Assembly: GCA_010015805.1 (NCBI GenBank) | Contig: ML978128.1 | Coordinates: 806,001 to 870,000 of the forward strand | Origin: Rhizodiscina lignyota | Lineage: Eukaryota | Direction: 5' to 3' | DNA: 64,000 bases | Shown here: piece after piece, positions 36,804 through 48,110 of the stretch | Numbering within the stretch: the first letter of the stretch is position 1 | Layout: each line of letters opens with the position of its first letter | The notes under the pieces: model-generated | What the model was told of the DNA's origin: nothing | Database searches by the model: none | Seen by the model: the letters and a program-made list of their open reading frames with translations, nothing else | Position numbers and translations under genes: made by a program

Positions 36804-38326
36804 ATGGGCACTCTCTTTTTGATGCTGTTCTTCAGCGTCTTCCTTCTCTGCACTGCCACTGGTAATGGCGTTGTTGCCGTGAAGAACGCGGTCACCACCG
36901 CTGTTGCTACCTTCACTCCTGGCCCTCTCTACTTCCACCCGGTCTTTTCGGGCAAAGATGTCGCTTATCAGTCCAACACCTGCCTTTCTCATGAGAACGC
37001 TTGCGGCTTCGGATGTTGCCCTGAAGTAAGTCAATTTCATTCACTCGGAATACTTTCACACAACACGATTGCTAACGCCGCACAGGGCTCAACCTGCTAC
37101 AACAACGGTCAAGGTTGCTGTCCTGATGGGTGAGTCTTTTCTCCAAGTGGTCTCTTTGTTCAGACAATACTACTCTCATGTACTTTAGCGCCGCCTGTAC
37201 CAAGTCTCACAACAAAGCGATTCCCTGTGTTGCCAGCGCCGCTTCGCAGTGCGGCGTGTCCCCTGAACCTCGCAGCTGCTGCCCGGCTTCCGCCCCGCTC
37301 TGCATGTACGCCCACAACTTCGGCCGTGGCTGCTTTGCGAACCCCATCTCGCCCAAGACGACACATACTTCCGACAAGGAGCTCATGGCACGCGCAACCA
37401 CGGATGAAGGCCATCCTACTGCTGCACCTCTCATCTTCCACCCCGTCGTCCACATAGGCAATACTACGGAAATCATCAACACCTGCATTGGCAATGAGTC
37501 CAAGTGCCAGAATGGATGCTGCCCTGCGGGTACATACTGCTTCACTCAAGGCGAGGTGCCTGGTTGCTGTCCAAATGGGTAAGCACGCACGATCCCTTGT
37601 CGTTGACACAGTACTTACCTTTTTTCCAGAACCGATTGCCATATCCCAGACGCCGCACACTACTGTGCCCACGCTGTCGATCCCGCATGCACCACCGCTG
37701 ACCCTACCTGCTGCCCGAGCAGTGCTCCGACCTGTGCTGCCGCTGTCGGCTTCGGTACTGGCTGCATGGCTCTGCCTACGATGACCACGACCATCAATAT
37801 CGCTGCAATGACCTCTATCGACCGTCCAGTGCCGCGCACTGTCGCTCTCACGCCTCGCGAGGCCGTTGCAGCCGTCCTGTCTCCCACACCATCGACTACG
37901 TCACCAACTGTCACCAGCATGGCTGCCACTGCAAGGACTGGACACTGGACTACCCTGACCACATACTCCAATGGTCTTGTCCTCATCGCTACTATTAGCG
38001 ATACCACAGTCACGGTGTATCCAAGCACATCGTCGTCCCACCCGTCCAGGTCTGTCGTTGTGAGGACCAGCACCATTCTGGTGCAGCCGACCACACTCAC
38101 CGTGACAGCGACGAAGGCATCCCTGGTCCCCACCACCCTGACGTCGACAGAGGTGGTCACAGCGGTCGGCACGGAGTCCGCTGCTGGTGGCAACATGTCG
38201 TCATCCTCTGCTCCGACTTCGGTGGCCGTGACGCTTGCTACTAAGCCCTCAGAGGCTAACCGGGTCGGTGCTGGCGTTGGAGCTCTGCTTCTTCTTGTTC
38301 TTGGCTTGTCTTCCCTTGTTCTCTAA
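36804..38326 (+). CDS. Secreted, probably GPI-anchored protein with two tandem Cys-rich modules and a Ser/Thr stalk
   Basis: Exons 36804-37025, 37086-37129, 37189-37578 and 37630-38326. Signal peptide MGTLFLMLFFSVFLLCTATG, repeated GCCP motifs, Thr-rich region and hydrophobic C-terminus SEANRVGAGVGALLLLVLGLSSLVL. Confidence 0.87.
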
Positions 38327-38537
38327 GTTCTCCAATGGAGAGCTTCACTCTCATTGAATAGGTAGTTTAAATAGCTTTCAACAATGAAAGAATACACCTT
38401 TTCTTTACCCTATTATAGCTTGAATACTTGCGCAAATTGAAATCATGTGACTTATCCCTGGTTGTATCACGTGCTCTACCCCTGCCAAGGCTCCGCCGGT
38501 TCTCCCTCGTTTTCCTCTCTTGCCCAAACTAAAGACA

Positions 38538-38800
38538 TTGTGTTTATCTTCACGTTATAACTCCTAGTGTAATCATATCGTTGCTCGGGCAGCAGTCAGT
38601 AAACAGGTTGTTTACTGACTTGGTGGAATGAGAAGCTGGCATTACGGTCCTGGACATAGTCGTACAGCGGCCCATAGTAACTCTCTTCTCTCTATTGTCT
38701 AAGCTAGAGAGGTTGTATTTCTCTCTAAGCTGTAATTCCTGGTATAATCAAACCGTTGCTCCGGTAGCAGTTGATAAGAGGCGTTTGTGGACCTCATGAA
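38538..38800. repeat. Two partial copies of the same ~220-bp unit, inverted relative to loci 1 and 3 (locus 2)
   Basis: ATAATCAAACCGTTGCTC at 38744-38761 is the reverse complement of GAGCAACGGTTTGATTAT, 17/18 identical to 31032-31049. A second degenerate copy GTAATCATATCGTTGCTC is at 38569. Flanking AGCTAGAGAGGTTGTATTTC also aligns to the locus 1 unit. Confidence 0.75.
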
Positions 38801-39799
38801 CCTCCGCCTTGATAAGAGGGAGAGAGCGGAGGGGATGGGGACGACAGCTCAAAATTATCCGAGGCGCGTATATCTAATGCAACTTGATCCTCCAGCTGAG
38901 CCGCTCGATATGTATCCAATAAGGCTAACGCTGGCAGGATCTACAATATGCATATGCACGATGCGGCAACGCACCAATCATGCTTCCCACCAAAAAGCCA
39001 CTTAATGAGCGAATGCACGATGCGGAGGCTGGGAGGCAACAAATAGATGTCAAGAACTTTATTTGAGTTGCAAACGTTGTGGTTCCTATGACTGCCTTCG
39101 ACTGAGGGTGGAGCGACACTTAGGTGTACAATATTGATTTCTGCTGAACAGTGCAGATTCGAAGAATTGTCGAACCTGGCAAGATAGGCCAATAAGCAGT
39201 CATTAGACACATGTCGCGAGATCATACCTTTCAACTGTCGAATTCTGTGAGCTCTCTCGTAAGAGCTCCCCCTCCAGCACGTGTACGCACCGGCCTGACC
39301 GTTGAGTCTCAACTGGAGCAATTTGAAATACCTAACTGCTATTGCACCACATAACCCGCAGTCTTCTTCACTATGCCATGAATTAGATCGTGGGGCCGAT
39401 TTCGCTAGCTCTTGCCCATCCTCCTACAAAACCCATCGTCGTCCTACTCGAAATCCTTCTCTTCTTCACCAACACTAGGCGTTTCAACGAGAACAAAGAG
39501 CACACAAGAAACTCCACAATTCCATTGAAACCAACACAACTTCACTTGAAGGTCATCGAGCTTCTTCTACTGTATTCACTCAGCGAGCAAAGTTCTTCTT
39601 ACAAAGTTTACGAAGCTTCGAGACTGGAGGAAGAGCGTCACCGTCAACCTTGTGCATATTACTAAGCCGCATTCTGACGTAGAAACGCCAAGAAACGCCA
39701 AGAATTGCTCTCCGGGAAGACAAAGGCACCCGCACCTCAGCCCGCCTCTTTGTCTTCTCCACCGTCATCGTCCCGTCGTCAAAGAACATCAATATCGAC

Positions 39800-40873
39800 A
39801 TGGCGGCCACGCAGATGCTATCTCCTGGAGAAGTGCCCTCTGTGGTACCAGAGGGCGATGGCGCATGGCAGCAAAACCTCAATATCCACATGGTCTGCCC
39901 CGAATGCCAGGAAGTGCCGCCTAACATCGTCGAATCGTACACGGACGGCGATGTCGTCTGCGGCAGCTGCGGCCTTGTGTTGAGCAACCGGCTCGTCGAT
40001 ACACGATCGGAATGGCGTACCTTCTCCAACGACGACGGCAAAGACGTCGACCCCTCGCGCGTGGGCGACGGACCCAATCTCCTCTTGAACGGCGATCAGC
40101 TTGATACCCGCATCGCGGCGAGTGGAAACGCGAAGTCGAGGGAGCTCCAAAGGGCACAGGGGAAGACAACGGCAGACAAGGCAACCAAGGGCTTGATGAA
40201 GGCGTACGAAGACATCAGCATCCTGTGCGAGAAGAAGGGCTTCACAAAGCTGGTCAGCGATTCGGCAAAGCACATCTACAAGCTCATCGACGACGAGCGC
40301 GCACTGAAAGGCAAGAGTCAGGACGCCCTCATCGCCAGTTGCATCTTCATTGCCTGCCGACAGAACAATGTAGCCCGCTCCTTCCGCGAAATCACAGATC
40401 TGACGAGAGTGCCGAAGAAGGAGATTGGCAGGACCTTCAAGACAGTCGAGAAGTTCCTGATCAACTACAATCAGAAGCACAAGGTGCAAAACACTGGAGG
40501 CCTCGTTATTTCCAATCAAGGCTACCGCAATACCGAGTCGAGCAAGGCTAAGGATGTCTGTCGTCGCTTCTGTGATCAGCTCCGACTCAAGCCGAACACC
40601 AGCTACGTCTGCGAGGAGGTTGCGGAGAGGATGAGCGAGACGGGATCGCTGGCTGGACGCTCCCCACTGTCGATCGCCGCGGTGTGCATCTACATGTGTT
40701 CAGCGGCCATGGGTGTGCCGAAAACACCAAAGGAAATTGGTCTGGTCTGCGGCGTCAGCGACGGAACAATTCGTTCGGCCTACAAGGGCTTGTACCCGGA
40801 GAGGGAGCAGTTGATCGACGCGGCGTGGTTGGAGAGCAGAGGAGGAGACATGTCCAAATTGCCACCAGCATAA
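39800..40873 (+). CDS. SUA7: General transcription factor TFIIB
   Basis: Zn ribbon CPEC...GDVVCGSCGLV, B-reader VDTRSEWRTFSND, DPSRVG and two cyclin repeats (ASCIFIACRQ, GRSPLSIAAVCIY). Confidence 0.97.
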   Translation: MAATQMLSPGEVPSVVPEGDGAWQQNLNIHMVCPECQEVPPNIVESYTDGDVVCGSCGLVLSNRLVDTRSEWRTFSNDDGKDVDPSRVGDGPNLLLNGDQLDTRIAASGNAKSRELQRAQGKTTADKATKGLMKAYEDISILCEKKGFTKLVSDSAKHIYKLIDDERALKGKSQDALIASCIFIACRQNNVARSFREITDLTRVPKKEIGRTFKTVEKFLINYNQKHKVQNTGGLVISNQGYRNTESSKAKDVCRRFCDQLRLKPNTSYVCEEVAERMSETGSLAGRSPLSIAAVCIYMCSAAMGVPKTPKEIGLVCGVSDGTIRSAYKGLYPEREQLIDAAWLESRGGDMSKLPPA

Positions 40874-41710
40874 TCGGTTTGCATTTACGGGCACTTACAC
40901 ATTGCATTTTGCGGAGTATTCGGACAGGTTGAATGATACCACAGGGATCTTCTTTCATTTGCTTTCACGAATTCTTTAGCATAGACCGAGCTAACAAAAC
41001 CGGAACTAGCTCAAGGAAATCACTTCAAGTCATGTGTGCACTCTCTTTTGGCGGTCATGGTGGATCTTAAGGGAAAGTCGTCTGATAGAAGAGCTGCCGT
41101 CGATGAGGCTTCTCTCACATTTGAGCATGGAGAACGGTGAAACGGAGGAAAGCTCTTAGTACGGAGTACACTCGAGAGGCATTTGTACTCTAGCAATGCA
41201 TGAATAGAGATTAAGGATCCCTCCATATTATATGTGTTTCTCAGTGTCATGTGAGTGCAGATGGTATGTCAGATGAATCCAACTACGGCCATGGCCTTTT
41301 TGGCCGGAAGAAGACTTTCCTTGGAACTTGGTGAGATACGTAACACTGCCACACTCACGGTAGAAAATTATGGAGTAATGCAGTGGAGATAGAGTCCCTG
41401 CAGTGCTAGCGCTCGACAGTATAAGCATGCACCTTTGTGCAGATATGGTGCGCCCCGGACCGCGACCGTGTTCCAGAGCTGCACTGCCGAGCGCTTCCCA
41501 CACTTCTTACGCAGCCTGCTTCACATCACCTCCAACATGCCAGCGCTCCTCTTTGATCTACTGTATTATTAGACGCCACACTCGAACGATGTGCTACGCT
41601 CATTACCTCCCTTATCACTGACAAAGCCCAATTCTTCCGCCGACTCGGCGGCCCTTCCGCCAGCCAGCGTTGATCCCCTAAGCCCATCACTACCGCCCCT
41701 CCTTATCACC

Positions 41711-44446
41711 ATGGCCGAAGACGACTTCGCCAAGATACCCATACCGACATATGAGGAAGCTACGTCCTCTACCCCGCCGACAACTCATTACCTTGGACCC
41801 TCAGAGATCAGTGACGACGCGGAGAGACAAGCGTTCCTCACGCCGCACCCTTCGCCGGGGCCACGACCTCCTCGACGACGAAATGGCTACCACGCGCCCT
41901 CTGTGCAGTCCGTCCGCTCGAGTGAAGACAGTATAGACAGTATACTCGTTGGAAGTGATAGCGAGGAGGAGCATGAGGGCCAGGAGGACGAGGCGCTGCG
42001 GCGCGACATGGAGGAGATGGACATGGACGACGACGTCGAGGGCGGGGAGCGGAGCCGCAGCAGAAGGCATAGATCAGTGTTGGGCTCACGGCTGTCGAAG
42101 CGATTCGGGCGGTGGGGCACCACGCTGTCTGAGATCCGGCTCCCGCGCGTGCCGATGCCCAGCATGGAGTGGTTGACGCGCCGGCTGCCAAACTGGAAGT
42201 GGTCGATTCCAGACCAGTACCGGCCCGGGTGGCAGCTCATCGCGCGGCTGTTTGGGCTGTTCATCGTCGTGGGGCTGCTGTATGTGCTGTTCGTGCTGCA
42301 GATCATGCCGGGCTCGAGGGGCGACTTTCCGTTCGACCCGGAGCTGCTGCGATCGTGGGCGCAGGGGCATGTTGACGAAGGGCATATACGTGACAATCTC
42401 AAGCATATCACGGGGTACAGCCATATTGCTGGGTCGGAGGGCGATCTGTACCTTGCGAGGTGGATTGAAAGCGCGTTCCGTGGTGCGATGATGGACGACG
42501 TCCATACCACCGAATACGAAGTCTACCTCAACTACCCAAAGCCTGGTGGCCGACGAGTCGCGATAGTGAGCCCACCACAGCTAGCGTGGGAGGCTAAGTT
42601 GGAAGAGGAGAGTGCGTACGAGCATCCTACAGCGCAGCAGGAGAATACGCTCGTATTCCATGGACATTCAAGGGCAGGCAATGTCACTGGCCCATTAGTA
42701 TATGCGAATTATGGCAGCCGGGAAGATTACAAGAGATTTCACGACAACGGAATAGATCTTAATGGCACAATTGCTTTGGTACGATATTACGGAACGCAAG
42801 GAGACCGAGCTTTGAAGGTAAAGGCGGCTGAGGAGTGGGGAGTTAAAGGGGTCTTGATATACTCGGATCCACAAGAGGATGGATTCGTCAAAGGAGAACC
42901 GTGGCCGAAGGGAAGATGGCGGCCTAGTGATGGTGTGCAGAGAGGCGCTGTGAGCTTGATGAGCTGGGTAGTTGGAGATGTTCTCACCCCTGGACTGCCC
43001 GCCCACAAGGACACCCCGAGGATTAGTAAAGACAACAACCCAGGACTGGTCAATATCCCAAGTCTGCCACTAGCTTGGCGGGATGCACAAAAGCTGCTTC
43101 AATCGTTGAAGGGACACGGAGAAGAAGCTCCGCACGAGTGGGTCGGCGGAGTACCTGACGTGAAATATTGGTCAGGCGACCAATCCAGCCCTGTCGTCAA
43201 CTTATTGAACGACCAGGACGAGAATGAGAGGCAGCCGATTTGGAATGTCATGGGTGTCATCGAAGGCATCGAGCAGAAGGAAAAGAAGGTCATTGTCGGA
43301 AACCACAGGGACTCGTGGTGCTTTGGCGCAGGCGACCCTGGAAGGTAAATTATGCAATCGTACTTATATCACAGAAATGCTGACCTGTAAAGTGGAACGG
43401 CTATAATGCTGGAAGTCGTCCGGGTCCTTGGCCAACTCCGATCTCAAGGCTGGCGACCCTTACGCTCCATCGTCTTCGCATCTTGGGATGCCGAGGAATA
43501 TAACCTCATTGGTTCCACGGAGTACGTGGAAGACAATTTAGAATCACTCCGAAACGATGGCATTGCATATCTCAATGTCGATACAGGGGTGGTCGGCGAC
43601 GACTTCCGCGCGGCAGCATCTCCTATTCTGAAACAAGCACTTACTCGCGTCCTTGGTCGCGTAGGTGATCCATTTAAGAATGCCTCGCTCGGGGAGCTTT
43701 GGCAGAAAGAAAAGAAGAAGCTTGACGGGCTTGGTGCAGGCAGCGATTACGTTGCTTTCCAGGATATGGCTGGCGTATCGAGCATTGATTTCGGCTTCTC
43801 GGGCGAGGGATACCCGTACCACTCCTGCTACGAGACCTTTGAGTGGATGGAACAATACGGCGATCCAAAGTTCCTCTACCACAAGGCCCTCGCCCAAATC
43901 TGGATCCTTCTCATCCTTGAAGTGGCGCAAGAGCCACTCGTCCCCTTCGACCTCCGCCACTACGCACTGGCGATGAACTCATACCTCGTCCACCTCGTGA
44001 CATATGCAGAGAGACATGGATCTCCGAGCAAGGAACAGTTTAACCTCAAACCCCTCTTCGAAGCCGTGGGCCACTTCAGGGAAAAGGCCAAAGAATTCCA
44101 CAATTGGGACGACGCTTGGTTCGGCACGGTCATCGCAAACAACGGCTTCGAGAGCACGGCGATGACAATGCAGAGATATTGGCATAACGATCGCATTTCG
44201 AACTTCGAGGCGGACTTGCTAGATCTCCCGAGGGATAAAGATGACCACGCACAGCATGGCGTCCCTGGAAGAGAGCAGTTCAAACATATAATATTCGGCC
44301 CACAGAAGTGGAGCGGGTATGATGAGGCGTACTTCCCGGCCATTGTCGATGCCATCGACGAAGGCGACTGGTCGAGCGCACAAGCGCAAGTGAAAAAGGC
44401 AGCAGGGATAATCAGGCGAGCTAGTGACAATCTCACGAGGCCTTAG
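41711..44446 (+). CDS. M28B glutamate carboxypeptidase II / transferrin-receptor-like membrane peptidase (Vps70/Tre-like)
   Basis: Exons 41711-43344 and 43393-44446 (intron 43345-43392). One TM helix, a PA domain (GPLVYANYG, GVLIYSDP), metal/catalytic motifs GNHRDSW, GAGDPGSG, WDAEEY and YHSCY, and a TfR dimer domain (FKHIIFGP). Confidence 0.93.
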
Positions 44447-44499
44447 AGACGGGCCGTGGCGCATTGGGGGAGCGTGCATTTGTATATATCGATATCCTA

Positions 44500-45440
44500 T
44501 GTTGATCAATCGGCCTGGTGTGTTCACCTGCTATTGGATTTGTGGGAGACCTTCTTCTACCGTTTCACACTGTAGCCCGGAAGTACTCTCCGAAACAGTA
44601 AAGTCCAAGACAGCCAACTTACCGAATGTTGTCTGAGGGACGGTTTGAATATGTCGAGAGGTACAGCGTAGAGGGGGATACGACTTTGCCAGCTTGCACG
44701 AGAGAGTGAAGAGGTTATAGTGACTCTCCCCAGCCTAGAGTGTTCGCCTGCTGTTGGATTTGTGACTGTACTTTTTCTGCCGCGCTGGCCTTCGGCACGG
44801 GCACCGGAAGACCTAAGGCCGTGCTTGCGGCACGGCCGGTACAGCTTGAGCGACGTACAGCATACTCTTTCTCACAGCGCGACCACTGCGACTTCTGCAG
44901 GCCTGAACGTATGGCATGTGCTGCCACGCTAGCAACAGGCTGTGGAGGATTGCGATCCTCCTCGTAGATGTCTATTGGCTCCTCGTAGATGTCTATTGGC
45001 TCCTCGTAGATGTCTATTGTATTTCAACCCCTCAAGAAGCATTCATCCGTTTTAATGGAGTGGCCTTCTGTTGCTTCGTGTAAGAATTTATGTAGTCGTC
45101 GTTTTTCTATTTGCGGAGTAGCGTAGTTTGCAATTAGCGTATGATAGTACCTACAATTAAGAAGTCCGTCCAGGAAGTAGTGCCTGGGACTAGATGTGAT
45201 AGCCTTCTTCTACCGCTATGCGACTCTGTTCGGGACTACAATCTAAAGTTGCGAAGTCCGTAAACGCATACTCCGCGACTGTTACGAGAGCAATAGTTTG
45301 ATTATGTTGGGAGGTACGGAGTCCGGTGAAATACGACTCAGGCAGCTTGAATAAGAGGCGAAGGAGGTTATTATAACTACCATTGACCTAGTGTATTCGC
45401 CAGCTGTTAAATATATGATAGACTTTCTTCTCCTGCATTA
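44500..45440. repeat. Degenerate copies of the ~220-bp unit (locus 3; sub-arrays ~44500-44790 and ~45185-45440)
   Basis: TTGGATTTGT at 44534 and 44754 (period 220; also at 31152); CCTTCTTCTACCG at 44550 and 45203; GAAGTCCGTA at 45253 and 30997; GAGCAATAGTTTGATTAT at 45288 versus 31032. Confidence 0.85.
44958..45019 (+). repeat. Perfect minisatellite, 21 bp x3 (CTCCTCGTAGATGTCTATTGG)
   Basis: Two exact copies plus 20/21 nt of a third, read directly. Confidence 0.97.
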
Positions 45441-45832
45441 CAACTACGTCCAGAAGTGTGGAAAGCGTCGGAGGACGTTCTGGGAGACGATGCAATTTAG
45501 AGTTGCTCGAAACAACGGTTCTAGGTGCAGGGGAACGGGAATACGACATTAGGGATGCGCTGAGATATGGTAATCGATATGATCTATATCGCGAGTGGAG
45601 GATACTGCGTTAGAGGTCCGCGCTCCAAGGGATACGTAAACAGGAGAGCTTTGTAGTCAACAGTCGAGGCATTGTGAAAGACATGATTGCTGAAGTGGTA
45701 AGATAGGACGATCTCTTGCAGGTTGATATCTAGGTGGAAGAGAGCGATAATTAAGCTATGTGGTATCGATAGTTTCAGATCATGAGATCCATGTTCTAAT
45801 ATTCAAATTTGCCGCCCAAGAAGACTCCAAAA

Positions 45833-47428
45833 TCAAACGGTAGCATCCTTAGTCGTCTCATGACCTTTCTCCAGCTCCTCCATCGTTTGAAGAGTCACCG
45901 AAGGCATTGTCCTTGCCACTTTGACAACATCGAGCGGACTCTTGGCGGTCAGGAAAACGGCATCCATGTCTTCCAAAGTGCGGTTCATGGTTTCGGGGAG
46001 GAAGAAATAGATGACTGTTGAACACATTAGCATGTAGAGCATAATTGTTTGAGTGGCGGCCTTACTTGGCAATAACAAGCAGAGGTTGATCACTGCAAAG
46101 ACGATGAAGAATTTGTACCCAATGGTGGTAAATCCGGTTGGTGTCACTTCGACGACCAAGAAGTTGAAGGCCCATAGCGTAGCTGTCGTCAGCGCATAAA
46201 TTGGTACCCTGTAAGCCAGTGGAGCCACTTCCGTCCCGTAGAGGTAATTTATGCCCAGAGCACCAACACCGAAAAATGTAGCGATGAGGAAGACGCATAC
46301 GCCCGCAACGATTCCGCAAGCCTTGTTGGTTGCTGCTGCCGATACCGTTCCAGCAACAATAATAAACATGGTTCCCATTCCAATGACTCCGATCATCATC
46401 AGGAATCGCCGGCCCACGCGGTCAATCGTGTAGAAGGTAATGAAACAGCACAGAAGTTGCCATAGGTAGATCGATCCGGACAGAACGCGTGCAACGATAT
46501 TGTCTACTCCGACGTACTGAGAAAAGATGGTCTCCGTGTAGAAACCGATCACTCCGATTCCATTAATCTGCTGAGAGAAGGTGCTGAACATTGCCACGAG
46601 CGTACGGTTGAGAAGTCGATCTTCCTTGTTTGTGAGGAGAGCAGCGAAGCTCCCTTTGCCAGTTTCAGCAAGCGATAATTCCATCTTGCGAATGTCTTCG
46701 GCGACCTTCTCATCGTCTTCAGGGAGGTCCTCCAGGATAGCCATGAGAGCCTTGGCCTCCTCGATTCTTCCGTGCTTTACTAGCCAACGAGGCGAATCCG
46801 GTAGTATTGGTAAGAATATCAGCATCCAGATTGCTGTGATGATGGGAACAGCAAGCGGGAAACGCCAAGAAGACGAGTCGTCAACGAAGAACATTCCCAG
46901 CTCGATCCATTGTGATATTGATAGGCCAATGCTAGCGAAGGCGCCTTCGAGGACAACCAGCGCTCCACGATGATGAGCTGGAGACGACTCTGCCTGCCAG
47001 ACTGGGACGGTAGAACTGATACAACCAAATGCAAAACCCAGGACAAGGCGGCCGACAATCAGTTGACCGAGGGAGAAGCTGGATGAGAGAAGGATTGATC
47101 CAATGATGGTCCCAATAGATCCGAGAGCTATGGTCTTGATTCGGCCGAGTATGTCGCCCAGCTTGAAGCAGGTGAGAGCTCCAAGCATACATCCCACAGT
47201 GTAGAGTGCGACGACAGTACCCTGGATTCTCGCATTCTCCGCCTCGACACCACCTTTGGTAGTGACAGTGTCTATCCGGGGGAAAGTCTGAAGGAACGAA
47301 GTGAGATTGACAAGACCACCAAGACATGCATTGTTGTAACCCAATAGTATGTAAGCAGGCAGAACGACCGTATAGATCATGAAATTAACGAGACGATTGC
47401 CTCTCAGGCCAAGGTAAGGGGACTTCAT
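45833..47428 (-). CDS. MFS sugar porter (STL1-like hexose/polyol transporter)
   Basis: Likely start MKSPYLGLRG at 47428; intron 46065-46015. Sugar-porter motifs GDILGR, VPVWQAE, PDSPRWL, QQINGI, IDRVGRR and FFLPET. Confidence 0.93.
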   Translation of the reverse strand: MKSPYLGLRGNRLVNFMIYTVVLPAYILLGYNNACLGGLVNLTSFLQTFPRIDTVTTKGGVEAENARIQGTVVALYTVGCMLGALTCFKLGDILGRIKTIALGSIGTIIGSILLSSSFSLGQLIVGRLVLGFAFGCISSTVPVWQAESSPAHHRGALVVLEGAFASIGLSISQWIELGMFFVDDSSSWRFPLAVPIITAIWMLIFLPILPDSPRWLVKHGRIEEAKALMAILEDLPEDDEKVAEDIRKMELSLAETGKGSFAALLTNKEDRLLNRTLVAMFSTFSQQINGIGVIGFYTETIFSQYVGVDNIVARVLSGSIYLWQLLCCFITFYTIDRVGRRFLMMIGVIGMGTMFIIVAGTVSAAATNKACGIVAGVCVFLIATFFGVGALGINYLYGTEVAPLAYRVPIYALTTATLWAFNFLVVEVTPTGFTTIGYKFFIVFAVINLCLLLPSKAATQTIMLYMLMCSTVIYFFLPETMNRTLEDMDAVFLTAKSPLDVVKVARTMPSVTLQTMEELEKGHETTKDATV

Positions 47429-48110
47429 TTTTGCACGACTGGTTCTCTGGATCACCGTGATACCTGACCTCTTGAAGTAAACATGCCGGAAAAGCGGCCG
47501 CAAATGCAATTTATAGACGAATGAGGGACCAAGTTTCCGCTGGACTTTCCTGGCAATTCGCCGAGGAGACCCGGCACTCCCCACACATCTTATTGAAACA
47601 TTCACCAGAGCGGCGAAATCTGGTGTGAAACTGCGGGGAGGCGACGATCAATCTCCGTGGATTTGGGACGGACGGTGTTGTCCCGTCGATCAATCACGAC
47701 TCACGAGGCGCATGATTCATTCATAGTGCTCCGGACAACCGGAAAACGGTGAACATGTAGCTCGAGTCAGTGAGCGAAGAAAGGAGAGGAAAGTAGCATG
47801 ATTTCTTTATCACACTTACTCGGTAGAGCGTATTGCCTCGGGTTACGGAGTAGATTGGCGGTGAGGTGCAACCGGCGAAATCTTCTGCGGGAGGTTTGGA
47901 GGTCACAAAGCTGGTAACAAATTAAGCTCTTGCATAGAGCCGCGCTAGACTGTATTTGGGATGGTCAACAACCTCGTCGTATTGCTTGTGGAGCTTGTTT
48001 TTGGAGAGCCTCATTCGAACATTTCAGCTCGTCAATTTTCATTCGCAAGTCAACTCGATACGCTTCATTTTGGGACCATATTTCCGCAGCTGTGCCTTGC
48101 ATTTGGCGAC

